A program made the position numbers and the translations under genes. The notes beneath the pieces were generated by a model that saw nothing but the letters and a program-made list of their open reading frames with translations, ran no database searches and had not been told where the DNA came from. DNA of 44,307 nt, from UHGV virus genome UHGV-0213691; one strand, written 5' to 3'. Source of the stretch: a virus. Positions 33,029 through 41,752 of the stretch are shown in pieces; the first letter of the stretch is position 1; each line of letters begins with the position of its first letter.

Positions 33029-33384
33029 GCACCGCTTTCAGTAAACGTATGCAAGGCGTTGGCACACGCCTGCTAACCAAATTCGGTAGCACGGTATCTC
33101 TGGTTCGTGCTGGCTCGAAAGTGTGGGATGAAGTTCTCGGTGAGTACGTCTGGACAGACGATGAAGTGTTGCCGTTGAAGGCCGTTCCAGTTCCGGTGAA
33201 CGCGGGACTGGTAAACGGTACGACGATTCAGGCTGGCGACATGATTGTCAAAGCGGATTGCAGCGTCGTTCCAAAGATGGAAGACAAGGTACAATTCGGC
33301 GGCGAACAATGGTCTGTCGTGGCCATCGAGAAGAAGATGGTTAACGATGATGTCGTGGCATACTTTATTCAGGTGAGAAAATGA
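33025..33384 (+). CDS. Putative head-tail joining / head completion protein
   Basis: 119 aa; ATGA-coupled; position before gp10-like gene. Confidence 0.45.
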   Translation: MSTAFSKRMQGVGTRLLTKFGSTVSLVRAGSKVWDEVLGEYVWTDDEVLPLKAVPVPVNAGLVNGTTIQAGDMIVKADCSVVPKMEDKVQFGGEQWSVVAIEKKMVNDDVVAYFIQVRK

Positions 33385-33776
33385 GTTTCGCGCTCGATGT
33401 CTCTAAGTTCGTGGAAAAGGCGAAGAAGAACCCTGAGAAGGTGATGCGTCAGGTGTCTATAAAGCTGTTTTCCGCTATCATAAAGGCGAGTCCGGTAGAT
33501 ACAGGCCGCTTTCGTATGAACTGGATGGCATCTGGCGGTATTCCTGCTTCCGGGATTACGGACGCTACGGATAAATCAGGAAACACGGCAACCGGAAACG
33601 CTACAAGTTTCGTACTGAAAGCCGCTGACTGGCACGAGTTCACGCTGACAAATAATCTGCCGTATGCACAACGACTGGAGTATGGCTGGTCGCAACAGGC
33701 CCCCGCCGGGATGGTCAGGACTAACGTGTCCCGCTTCCAGCAACTCATTAACGAAGAAGCCAACAAGGTGAAATGA
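33381..33776 (+). CDS. HK97 gp10-like tail component
   Basis: 131 aa; SPVDTGRFRMNW and LEYGWS motifs. Confidence 0.5.
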   Translation: MSFALDVSKFVEKAKKNPEKVMRQVSIKLFSAIIKASPVDTGRFRMNWMASGGIPASGITDATDKSGNTATGNATSFVLKAADWHEFTLTNNLPYAQRLEYGWSQQAPAGMVRTNVSRFQQLINEEANKVK

Positions 33777-34189
33777 TGGGCTACTTTGAGGACTTAACCA
33801 AAGCGTTCGACGTGCCGCTGGTAGCCTTCGGAACCGCCAACGGCATCAAGGTAGCGCTTGAAAACATCGACGCGCCGACGTCAACCGATACGCCATATCT
33901 GGCGAGTTACATGTTACTAGCGGATACGGAACAGGCGGATTTGTTCTTCACGGAACAACGTGCGGGCGTCTATCAGGTAGATATTAACTACGCATCGGTG
34001 AAAGGTAGCGCGCCAATCAATAAAATGGCAGACTTACTTAACACGGCGTTTAAAGCAGGTAAGTCATTTTCACGTAACGACATCTGCGCCGAGGTTCAAT
34101 CGGTTAGCCTGGGGCCGCTGATTGTAGAAAACGGATGGGCCAAAAGACCATTGTCAATTAACTTTATTGCATTCACCAAGAGGCTGTGA
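33773..34189 (+). CDS. Putative tail terminator / tail completion protein
   Basis: 138 aa; ATGA-coupled; immediately upstream of major tail gene. Confidence 0.4.
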   Translation: MMGYFEDLTKAFDVPLVAFGTANGIKVALENIDAPTSTDTPYLASYMLLADTEQADLFFTEQRAGVYQVDINYASVKGSAPINKMADLLNTAFKAGKSFSRNDICAEVQSVSLGPLIVENGWAKRPLSINFIAFTKRL

Positions 34190-34191
34190 AT

Positions 34192-35358
34192 ATGGCTACA
34201 ACTCCTTTTAAGGGCGCGAATACCGCGCAATTCTATGTGGCGGAAGTGACCCCGGGCGTAACACCAAGTAACCCGGTATGGTCTCCGTTGCGTAACACTG
34301 GTGGCGTTCCTGCCGTAACCCGCGATGCGCTGACTTCCAACGAACTCGATGGGAGCCGTGAAACCACATCAATCCGCACCGGCAACAAGCAGGTTAGCGG
34401 GGAATATGCCATCGAACTTAGCTCGCGTAGCCAGGATGATTTCCTTGCAGGTGCTATGACTTCTACGTGGCAAGCTGGGGTAGAGATTACGGGTGCTGAA
34501 ATTACGGTTGCCCCAGCAGGTAAAACATTTACCCGCGCTGCCGGTAGCTTTATTACTGACGGTGTAGAAGTTGGCGACCTGATTGCGTTCACCGACTTAA
34601 CCAGCGACAACGCAAAACCGTTTATCGTGACCGAGGTTTCTGCTCTTGTAGTTACGGGTGCTGGCATTCAGCACACGCTGACAGCAGAGACTGTAGTCAC
34701 TGACGCTAAAACTGGCGACAAGCTGGAAACTGGTAACGCATGTAAGACGTTCTCCATCCTGACATGGTTCAAAGGACAGTGCGGGAACCCTGACGCGTAC
34801 ATGTTGACTAAGGGCGTGGAAATCTCCGGTTTCACCATCGAGCAGGCCGTCAACGCTATGGTAACTGGTAGCTTCCCGTTCATCGGTCTGAGTCAGGAGA
34901 TTCTTTCTGCACCGCCAGCAGGTTCTGACTTCTCGCAGGTGACGTTTACTGATGAGCCATTCTCGTCTGTAGATGTGTCTGTGTTTGACGGCTCTACGCC
35001 GTTGCGTTGCGATACTCTGACCATCACCAACGACAACGGCGCGTCCGCACAGTTCGAACTCGGCAACAGTAGCGTTGCGTTCGTGGAACGTGGCCGTGCA
35101 GCCAACACCTTCTCCATCTCCGGCAAGCTGTACGACATGGCGATGATTCAGAAGTTTATCAACGAACAGCAGGTAGAGATTAACTCTATTCTGGCGGGGG
35201 TAAACGGGGCTATGTCTTTCAGTCTGAAACGCGCAGAACTCACGGCGGTTACGCCAGAAATATCTGGCCCGGAATCAATTACCCAAAGTATAGAAGGGCA
35301 GTCCACAGGCAACCAGTACCAGTCGTCTATCGTAATTCAACGAATCACCTACGCCTAA
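34192..35358 (+). CDS. Major tail protein
   Basis: About 388 aa from ATG 34192 with AGAGG RBS; followed by strong terminator; position upstream of chaperone and tape-measure genes. Confidence 0.6.
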   Translation: MATTPFKGANTAQFYVAEVTPGVTPSNPVWSPLRNTGGVPAVTRDALTSNELDGSRETTSIRTGNKQVSGEYAIELSSRSQDDFLAGAMTSTWQAGVEITGAEITVAPAGKTFTRAAGSFITDGVEVGDLIAFTDLTSDNAKPFIVTEVSALVVTGAGIQHTLTAETVVTDAKTGDKLETGNACKTFSILTWFKGQCGNPDAYMLTKGVEISGFTIEQAVNAMVTGSFPFIGLSQEILSAPPAGSDFSQVTFTDEPFSSVDVSVFDGSTPLRCDTLTITNDNGASAQFELGNSSVAFVERGRAANTFSISGKLYDMAMIQKFINEQQVEINSILAGVNGAMSFSLKRAELTAVTPEISGPESITQSIEGQSTGNQYQSSIVIQRITYA

Positions 35359-35362
35359 AACT

Positions 35363-35386
35363 AAGGCCCCTTTCGGGGCCTTTTCT
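35363..35386. terminator. Bidirectional intrinsic terminator
   Basis: AAGGCCCC-TTTC-GGGGCCTT followed by TTTC; A-run upstream. Confidence 0.75.
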
Positions 35387-35616
35387 TACTCGTCAATGTT
35401 ACTTCGGTATTCCCGTAACTTCTCGAGACTTTCGATTGCTTCCGCTAAGTCTGTTCCGGTGTCTTTGTGGCCTCGCAAGCCCATGCACAATAGCTTCTTC
35501 AATGCGTGCTGTAACGCCGGGTCCCGGATATCGAAGGCGCGCAGCACATCGTAGACGTCTACTGTCATAGTGCTGCCGTGAGTGTTTGTCATTGTTCGGT
35601 TGTATTTTGAAGTCAT
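35386..35616 (-). CDS. Hypothetical protein (76 aa), last gene of reverse island
   Basis: ATG overlaps phosphoesterase stop (ATGA); MTVDVYDVLRAFDIRDPALQHALKKLL. Confidence 0.45.
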   Translation of the reverse strand: MTSKYNRTMTNTHGSTMTVDVYDVLRAFDIRDPALQHALKKLLCMGLRGHKDTGTDLAEAIESLEKLREYRSNIDE

Positions 35617-36743
35617 CCCAGCATCTCCGGTGAAATAGTTAAACGAGCGACCTCACCATATTCGGCGCTATAAGTAATTACATTTGCACTACGGCCTGAC
35701 ATCCATCCGCCGCGAGAGGCGTAGGCGTCTTTAGCCGCTAAGGTGCGGTGTTGCTCAACAACCATATTACGGCTCTCTACAATCTTTTGGTGGTGCAGGT
35801 GGCCTACGTGGGCGTAGCTGTAAACACTCTCGCCGAAGGCTTTACGGAACTTGGCGATCATAACCGGTTCGATAGCGTCGAATCGTGCCTTGTGCCCGTG
35901 ATGAAAGAACAGCGTCGTTTTGCCGTGTTGCACCATCTTGTAAACATCCGGCGACGTATCGACGAACACACGCGGCTCATTGTCGTACAGCGTACTGAAC
36001 ATCTCAGCCAACCAAATCATGCCACTCTCGTCGTGGTTACCTTGCACGATAAGCAAGCGAACATTTTTATGCTTAACCAGCGCCATATCAATAACACGGC
36101 GGACCATGCGAATCATGTAGCGGACCAGTTTCTGATAGCGCGTGTCCGCATCAAGAACATGGCCACTCGCTGGCGTAACCGCATCCAGGCTATCGAAGTG
36201 CGCAAGGTCGCCAAGCAGGTTAATAACGCCCGTGCCCGCATCCGGTGCTTTCTGAAATGCAGCATCGAACCAACGGGAGAACAGGTCTTCCGCAATCTTC
36301 ATGTCCCAGTCGTCGCCGCTCTCGTCGGCCCAGGCCAGCATACCGAGATGGAAATCAGATACCGTGTAAAGATTGAGTAGTTTGTCGTCGCGTTTGGCGC
36401 GAACGGCTTTAACAGGGGCGACCGGCGTAATCTCCGACTTCATGCCCTCAATTACGGCTTTCATCAACTCGACCTGACGTTCGGCGTCAGTGTCAGTCTT
36501 AACCCATTGCAACTTAGTGTTGCCAAACTCGTCCACCAGGGACGACGTCCCTTTAATCTTGTAGCCGTCCGGCACAAGGTGACTAACGTCTCGCCCGTGA
36601 CCGACCCCTTTCTTAGCCAGCTTCGCCTTACGAATACGAATAACGCGGTCTGAGATGCCGTATTTACTAGCTATATCTATATTCTTCATACCGGCGTTCA
36701 ATTCTTCCTGTAACTGTTCGTCGGTTATTTTCTTCTGGGCCAT
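35613..36743 (-). CDS. HTH-domain-fused calcineurin-like metallophosphoesterase (SbcD/Mre11- or class III phosphodiesterase-like)
   Basis: 376 aa; N-terminal HTH-like NIDIASKYGISDRVIRIRKAKL; phosphoesterase motifs SDFHLG, GDLAHFD, GNHD, HHGH, GHLHH. Confidence 0.7.
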   Translation of the reverse strand: MAQKKITDEQLQEELNAGMKNIDIASKYGISDRVIRIRKAKLAKKGVGHGRDVSHLVPDGYKIKGTSSLVDEFGNTKLQWVKTDTDAERQVELMKAVIEGMKSEITPVAPVKAVRAKRDDKLLNLYTVSDFHLGMLAWADESGDDWDMKIAEDLFSRWFDAAFQKAPDAGTGVINLLGDLAHFDSLDAVTPASGHVLDADTRYQKLVRYMIRMVRRVIDMALVKHKNVRLLIVQGNHDESGMIWLAEMFSTLYDNEPRVFVDTSPDVYKMVQHGKTTLFFHHGHKARFDAIEPVMIAKFRKAFGESVYSYAHVGHLHHQKIVESRNMVVEQHRTLAAKDAYASRGGWMSGRSANVITYSAEYGEVARLTISPEMLG

Positions 36744-36808
36744 TCTTACGTCCTCGTGTTTAGGATTTGTCCTATTTAACCACAGTGCATTCCTTTAAAT
36801 AAAGGCGA

Positions 36809-37135
36809 CTATTTACTTTCCACGCCTATCGCCCACCCAGTCATTACCATTTGCAGGCGGGTGGCCGTCAGTAGGCTGTAAAACGCGTCTCCGTTTTTCT
36901 CTACCGAACGTATCACCGTGTACGTTACGGCTTGCGGGGGTAGGCCCGATTTACCGACCTCTACGGCGGCCTCACATTCACGAACTGTAGAGTCCTTAAA
37001 CGCCTTTACAATAGTAGGGTCGGCTTTCTCAAGTACGCCAGAAGTAATAAGAACAGATTCACTAAATACCTGTTCGCACGGAGACCCAAAAGCAGCAAAA
37101 GACATAAACCCCAGAGCTAATACTAATTTACGCAT
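36809..37135 (-). CDS. Secreted/periplasmic protein (108 aa) with Sec-type signal peptide
   Basis: MRKLVLALGFMSFAAFG signal peptide; GAGGAA RBS; first gene downstream of promoter at 37164-37192. Confidence 0.5.
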   Translation of the reverse strand: MRKLVLALGFMSFAAFGSPCEQVFSESVLITSGVLEKADPTIVKAFKDSTVRECEAAVEVGKSGLPPQAVTYTVIRSVEKNGDAFYSLLTATRLQMVMTGWAIGVESK

Positions 37136-37163
37136 AATTATTTCCTCAGTAAGTTACAGGTGA

Positions 37164-37192
37164 ATAGTACCCTATTATATTGGGGTGTGCAA
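37164..37192 (-). promoter_or_regulatory. Island promoter (TTGCAC-17-TACTAT) with operator AATAGTACCCTATT (37163-37176)
   Basis: TTGCACACCCCAATATAATAGGGTACTATTCAC, near-identical to promoters at 14856 and 27937. Confidence 0.6.
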
Positions 37193-37299
37193 GTAGTGTG
37201 CTAGAATAAGTTTGCGCCTAGTGTCGCACACGAAAAGCGGGTGGTTCCCGTCTGGCGCGTCAACCTTAACCTGTAACCTCTTAACCAAAGGATTAAAGA

Positions 37300-37716
37300 A
37301 TGAAACTTTCTGATTTTTATTTTGCTGACCGTCATGCTGCTGGCACTAAAATGCCTATCCTTCTGCCGAGTGGTAAAGACTCCGGTGAATGGCTGCAGGT
37401 CATTGGCCCAGACTGCGATGCTGGCGTTCGAGCAGGCCGCGCCTACACAACGGCAATTCGACGCCTTACGGAAGAACTCGCGCCATTAGATAAAGAGTGC
37501 GAGGCGCTGAATAACTGGGCGCGCTATAATGATGAGAAGGGCTGGCGGGTGATGGACCTTAACAAGCAGCTTGCCGTGGAAATCGTCACCGGTTGGTCAT
37601 TCGACGAACCGTTCAGCAAAGAGGCGCTGGCTAACCTGTTCGACCAGTACAGCGGACTGGCTGAAGCCGTAGTTAAGCACCACACAGATAGCCGCGAGAA
37701 ACTATCGGAAAAGTAA
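37300..37716 (+). CDS. Tail assembly chaperone (gpG-like)
   Basis: 138 aa; between major tail and tape-measure genes; followed by an overlapping -1 frame ORF. Confidence 0.5.
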   Translation: MKLSDFYFADRHAAGTKMPILLPSGKDSGEWLQVIGPDCDAGVRAGRAYTTAIRRLTEELAPLDKECEALNNWARYNDEKGWRVMDLNKQLAVEIVTGWSFDEPFSKEALANLFDQYSGLAEAVVKHHTDSREKLSEK

Positions 37717-38078
37717 AAGCGCTGTATGAATTTGCGCAATGGTGTTTTGTTGACCGTCACAAGCGTAAGCAATTTGACGACATCGCGGCGGGCCACCAGG
37801 CGGCTTTGATTGCAATGGGCGTGATTAAAGAACCGCAGATGAAAGAAACGACGGGGCCAGAATGCCCCGTTTCTCTTATCGACGTGTTCGAGAAATACCG
37901 TGCCATTAAATTCCTACAGCGCGAAACAGATGATACTATCGTTATAATCCCGCGCGATGCGCTCAAATGGCAAGATTTGGTAGCGTTTCGTGATGTCGCC
38001 GGTTACGGCATAAGTTTGTTCGAAGCCGAGGTTATCATGGGCTTAGACGGAATATTTGAGGGCAGAGAAGATGGCTGA
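37692..38078 (+). CDS. Putative -1 frameshift extension of the tail assembly chaperone (gpT-like)
   Basis: -1 frame open from 37692 with no own ATG or RBS; overlaps chaperone 3' end at GGAAAAG (37707-37713); ends inside tape-measure gene start. Confidence 0.35.
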   Translation, partial: PRETIGKVKALYEFAQWCFVDRHKRKQFDDIAAGHQAALIAMGVIKEPQMKETTGPECPVSLIDVFEKYRAIKFLQRETDDTIVIIPRDALKWQDLVAFRDVAGYGISLFEAEVIMGLDGIFEGREDG

Positions 38079-40380
38079 TACGGCTTCCCTAATTGCCAGA
38101 GTAAAAACAGAAGGCGCCGACGTAGCCACCAAACAGCTTGACGCTATGGCGTCGTCCGCAGACCGTGCGGATACCGCAGTAAACAAGCTGACCCCGGATG
38201 TTGATAAAGTTAACACAGCCACCTCTAAAGCGGCCTCTGACGGTTTCGCTAAGTTCCGTAACGCCGCCGGGCAGGTTGGCTTCCAGGTGCAGGACATGGT
38301 CGTCCAGTTGCAGTCCGGCACGTCCGCATTCGTAGCAATCGAGCAACAAGGTTCGCAGCTTGCGGGTGCTTTCGGCCCTGGTGGCGCCGTACTGGGGGCA
38401 GTAATCGCTCTTGCGTCAGCAATCGGCGGTGTCCTGTACAAATCACTAACCGAGGCAGAAGGCAGTTCAAAAGACCTCGAAGCGGCACAGAAACAGTTAA
38501 AAGATACTTTCCAGCAAACAGCATCCGGCTCTCTCGAACTAACAGACGGCCTTATTCAGCTAACCCAAATCAGCAGAGAAGCGGCGGAGACTCAGCTTGC
38601 TTTGGCTAAGGCTAACGCTGACCTTATCGCGCAGCAAACAGCTAAAGCCGTTCGTGAGGATGCAGAATCATGGGAGACATGGAAAGCATCCACGGCATCG
38701 GCTATTAGCCAGTATGACGCGCTGGTCTCTAAGGGCGCGGATGTAGGCGGCACGTTAGAAAAACTAGGCGGCACTTACGAGGGTAATATCGTCGGCGTCA
38801 ACATGCTGGCACAGAATATCGCAGAGCTTAGCAGTAAGTTTGGGGTTAACCGTGACCAGGCGCTGGAGATGATAGCGGCGCAGAGTGCGTTTAACAAAGA
38901 GCCAACCGCCGAGAATGCCCGTCGCATCGCCGATGTGTTTACCGACTGGCTCGGTAATACAAAACAGTTGAACCCGGAACTTATCCGCCTAACCGACAAT
39001 GCCAACAAGAACGCCACGGCACTGGAGAACGCGGAGAAGTCCGCAAACGCGGCGGCGGAGGCCCAAAAGAATCTCGGCCGTAACGTCAACTCAACCACGC
39101 AGAGGTTCCAGGAACAGAACGAAGCTATCGTCAAGAATCAGCAAATCGCCATCTTAAGCGACCGTGAGCGCATCCGGGCGCAGGCTGAACTGGATAAACA
39201 GGCGTTCGCTAAACGTGAAGCTGTCACCAAAGAACAGATAGCCGCGTATAACGCCGCCCGTGACGCGGAAGCGCAGCAAGACATAGCTCGCATTGACAAG
39301 ACCGAGAAAGAGAAGGCAGACCGCGAGGCTAAATCGAACGAGAAACGTCTGGCGGCGCAGGCCAAACGTGAAGAAACGGCGGCACAACGTCAGAAAAAAG
39401 CGGCGGAAGATTTCCTCGCTACTGTCGACCGCACAACTGGAGACGAAATTTCACGTATCACGGCGGCAGAAGAACAGAAACTGGCGAAACTGGAGGAGTT
39501 TAACCGCGCTGGCACGATAAGCCAGCAGCAGTACGAAAACGCCAAAACTCAGATTATGCTGGAAGCCGACACCGCACGACAGGAAGAACTCGCCAAGCGA
39601 GAGAAAGAACGGCGGGAGAAGAACCAGAAAGGTGAAGACTTCATGGCTCAGATTATGGGTCAGAATGCCGCTGAGCTTGAGCTTCTGGAGATTCAGGAAC
39701 AACAAAAACTTGATGTCGCTGACCGATACCGCGAACAGAATCTTATTAACGAGGAACAGTACCAGGCCGCTGTTAATGCCATAAACGACCAGTACGCTTT
39801 GAAACGTGCTAACGCTACGGGTAACGCTTTCGGCATGATGGCAGATAATATCAAGTCGTCGCTTGGCGAAGCGTCTACCGCGTACAAAGCGTTTGCCATC
39901 GCCCAGGCCACAATCGCTACATACACCTCTGCTATCGAAGCGTATAAATCTGCATCGGCTATCCCTATTGTTGGGTGGGTGCTTGGCCCGGTTGCCGCAG
40001 CAGCAGCCGTAGCAGCAGGGCTTGCAAACATTGGTAAGATTCGCTCCGCACGTGAGCAGGGTGGTAACCTTGCCGCAGGGCAGTTATCTACTATCGCGGA
40101 ACGTAACAAACCGGAAGTTATTATGCCCGCCGGTGCGTCGCGTGTCCGTACCGCGGAACAGATGCGCCAGATTATGGGAGAGAACGGCAACAAGTCAGGC
40201 GGTGACAGCGTGACAATTGTCAACAACACCACGGGACGCGTTGACTCCGCCGTTACCGAGCGTGATGACGAAGGGCGGTTACGTGTTATCATCAGTGAAA
40301 CAGTATCGGCGGCGTTACAAGACAGCAACAGTGCAATCTCCAAGTCCCGCCGGGCTACACGAAACCAGCCGGGGTATTAA
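38071..40380 (+). CDS. Tail tape measure protein
   Basis: About 769 aa from ATG 38071; long coiled-coil, A/Q/E-rich repeats, internal hydrophobic segment, C-terminal region. Confidence 0.8.
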   Translation: MADTASLIARVKTEGADVATKQLDAMASSADRADTAVNKLTPDVDKVNTATSKAASDGFAKFRNAAGQVGFQVQDMVVQLQSGTSAFVAIEQQGSQLAGAFGPGGAVLGAVIALASAIGGVLYKSLTEAEGSSKDLEAAQKQLKDTFQQTASGSLELTDGLIQLTQISREAAETQLALAKANADLIAQQTAKAVREDAESWETWKASTASAISQYDALVSKGADVGGTLEKLGGTYEGNIVGVNMLAQNIAELSSKFGVNRDQALEMIAAQSAFNKEPTAENARRIADVFTDWLGNTKQLNPELIRLTDNANKNATALENAEKSANAAAEAQKNLGRNVNSTTQRFQEQNEAIVKNQQIAILSDRERIRAQAELDKQAFAKREAVTKEQIAAYNAARDAEAQQDIARIDKTEKEKADREAKSNEKRLAAQAKREETAAQRQKKAAEDFLATVDRTTGDEISRITAAEEQKLAKLEEFNRAGTISQQQYENAKTQIMLEADTARQEELAKREKERREKNQKGEDFMAQIMGQNAAELELLEIQEQQKLDVADRYREQNLINEEQYQAAVNAINDQYALKRANATGNAFGMMADNIKSSLGEASTAYKAFAIAQATIATYTSAIEAYKSASAIPIVGWVLGPVAAAAAVAAGLANIGKIRSAREQGGNLAAGQLSTIAERNKPEVIMPAGASRVRTAEQMRQIMGENGNKSGGDSVTIVNNTTGRVDSAVTERDDEGRLRVIISETVSAALQDSNSAISKSRRATRNQPGY

Positions 40381-40383
40381 CCA

Positions 40384-40878
40384 ATGAGTGATTTGAGATT
40401 CCCTATGTCCCTTCGACCAATAGTGTCGAAGGGGTACTCCCAAACGCGAGGGAGTAATATCTGGCGTACAGAAGTCCAAGGCGGCGTGCCGCGTCAGGGG
40501 CGTGACACATACTTTGAACCGGTGCCGATTAGCGTGACGCTCGTAGTATCATCGCTCGGTCGCCAGGCTTTCTATAGTTTTCTTAATAACATAGACGGCG
40601 GCGCATCGTCTTTCATCATGCCTCACGATACCGGTTTAGGTATCGAAGACCACCAGGTTCTTATTACGTCTGACATTAGCGATAGCACAGACGACGGCAA
40701 GAACTGGATTATCACGTTTACCGCTACCGCAGAGCGTACAGCAATTCAGGAAGACACTTGCCTTACTAAGAATCTGCCCGATTTGTTCGGTTGCTATGGC
40801 GATTGTTTAGGCGGGTTTCTTAAGGCATACGGAACCGCGCAGTCAACGTTTCCACGAATTTGGGACCCGATGCAATGA
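40384..40878 (+). CDS. Minor tail protein (gpM-like position)
   Basis: 164 aa; immediately after tape-measure gene. Confidence 0.5.
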   Translation: MSDLRFPMSLRPIVSKGYSQTRGSNIWRTEVQGGVPRQGRDTYFEPVPISVTLVVSSLGRQAFYSFLNNIDGGASSFIMPHDTGLGIEDHQVLITSDISDSTDDGKNWIITFTATAERTAIQEDTCLTKNLPDLFGCYGDCLGGFLKAYGTAQSTFPRIWDPMQ

Positions 40879-41390
40879 GTCAGGATTCAGTAGAAGCCGC
40901 CTATCGCCGTAAGCTAGCCTCTAACCCCGACGGCGAAATTGATTACACTACGTTAGAGATAGTTCACCCGCTTCTTTCGAAGCGGTATCTGCTTGTGCGC
41001 GGAACTTCCGACCTGACGGCAACGTTAGAGACTGGCGAAGTCGTTACGTTTGAAGCCACCCCTATGGAGGCTAAAGGGGCCGCCAACAATAACGATATGG
41101 ACCAGCGAGCGTCGTTTGCGCTACCCGACATCAGTAACCAGTTAGACGATGAGATGGACCGCATACCACCCGATAATACTGTGTTGCCGAAATTCATATT
41201 CCGCCGTTTCGTTAGCACGGACTTAACCTATCCAGCCGATGGCCCTGTTGTTTACGAATTGCAGTCGATAAACCAGGAGAAGGGAGTATTCACCGCAGAC
41301 GTCGGAGTTCCTATGTTGAACCAAAGGGCCACCGGCGAACTAATGACCCCTTCAGTAATCCCATTGTTACGCGGTGTTTTGTCTACATGA
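40875..41390 (+). CDS. Minor tail protein (gpL-like position)
   Basis: About 171 aa from ATG 40875, ATGA-coupled (track start 40860 is TTG). Confidence 0.45.
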   Translation: MSQDSVEAAYRRKLASNPDGEIDYTTLEIVHPLLSKRYLLVRGTSDLTATLETGEVVTFEATPMEAKGAANNNDMDQRASFALPDISNQLDDEMDRIPPDNTVLPKFIFRRFVSTDLTYPADGPVVYELQSINQEKGVFTADVGVPMLNQRATGELMTPSVIPLLRGVLST

Positions 41391-41752
41391 ACATTAATTC
41401 TTATACAGGGTTGCCGTACGATTTTCGCCGCCGTAATTGCTGGCACCATGTGCGCAATGTCCGCTCAGATGCAGGCCTGACCACGCCCGAGTTTAACGTC
41501 GCATCGCCAACACAGATTAATGATGCATTTGAAGAAGGACATAAAGACACTAAAGGTCTTGTACGTGTAGAAACCCCGCAAAACTTCGACGCCGTTCTTA
41601 TGTCAACCCGGCACAGAAACCGTGTAATCTGGCACGCTGGAGTATACTATGACGGTATGGTGAGCCATTGCGAGCTAGCGAGTCGTCAGGTACGGTTAGA
41701 CCGACTGGAAGACTTGCGCGAAACTTATGCGGAGATAGAATTTTGGCGCTGA
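41387..41752 (+). CDS. Tail protein with NlpC/P60-type Cys-His peptidase signature (gpK-like)
   Basis: 121 aa; NCWHHVRNV Cys-His motif near N-terminus with downstream His. Confidence 0.55.
   Translation: MNINSYTGLPYDFRRRNCWHHVRNVRSDAGLTTPEFNVASPTQINDAFEEGHKDTKGLVRVETPQNFDAVLMSTRHRNRVIWHAGVYYDGMVSHCELASRQVRLDRLEDLRETYAEIEFWR

Noticed and set aside
39693-40343. 216-aa ORF antisense to the tape-measure gene (and similar ones at 38043-39387)
   Set aside because: The tape-measure gene is repetitive and Ala-rich, which keeps antisense frames open; no independent coding signal.
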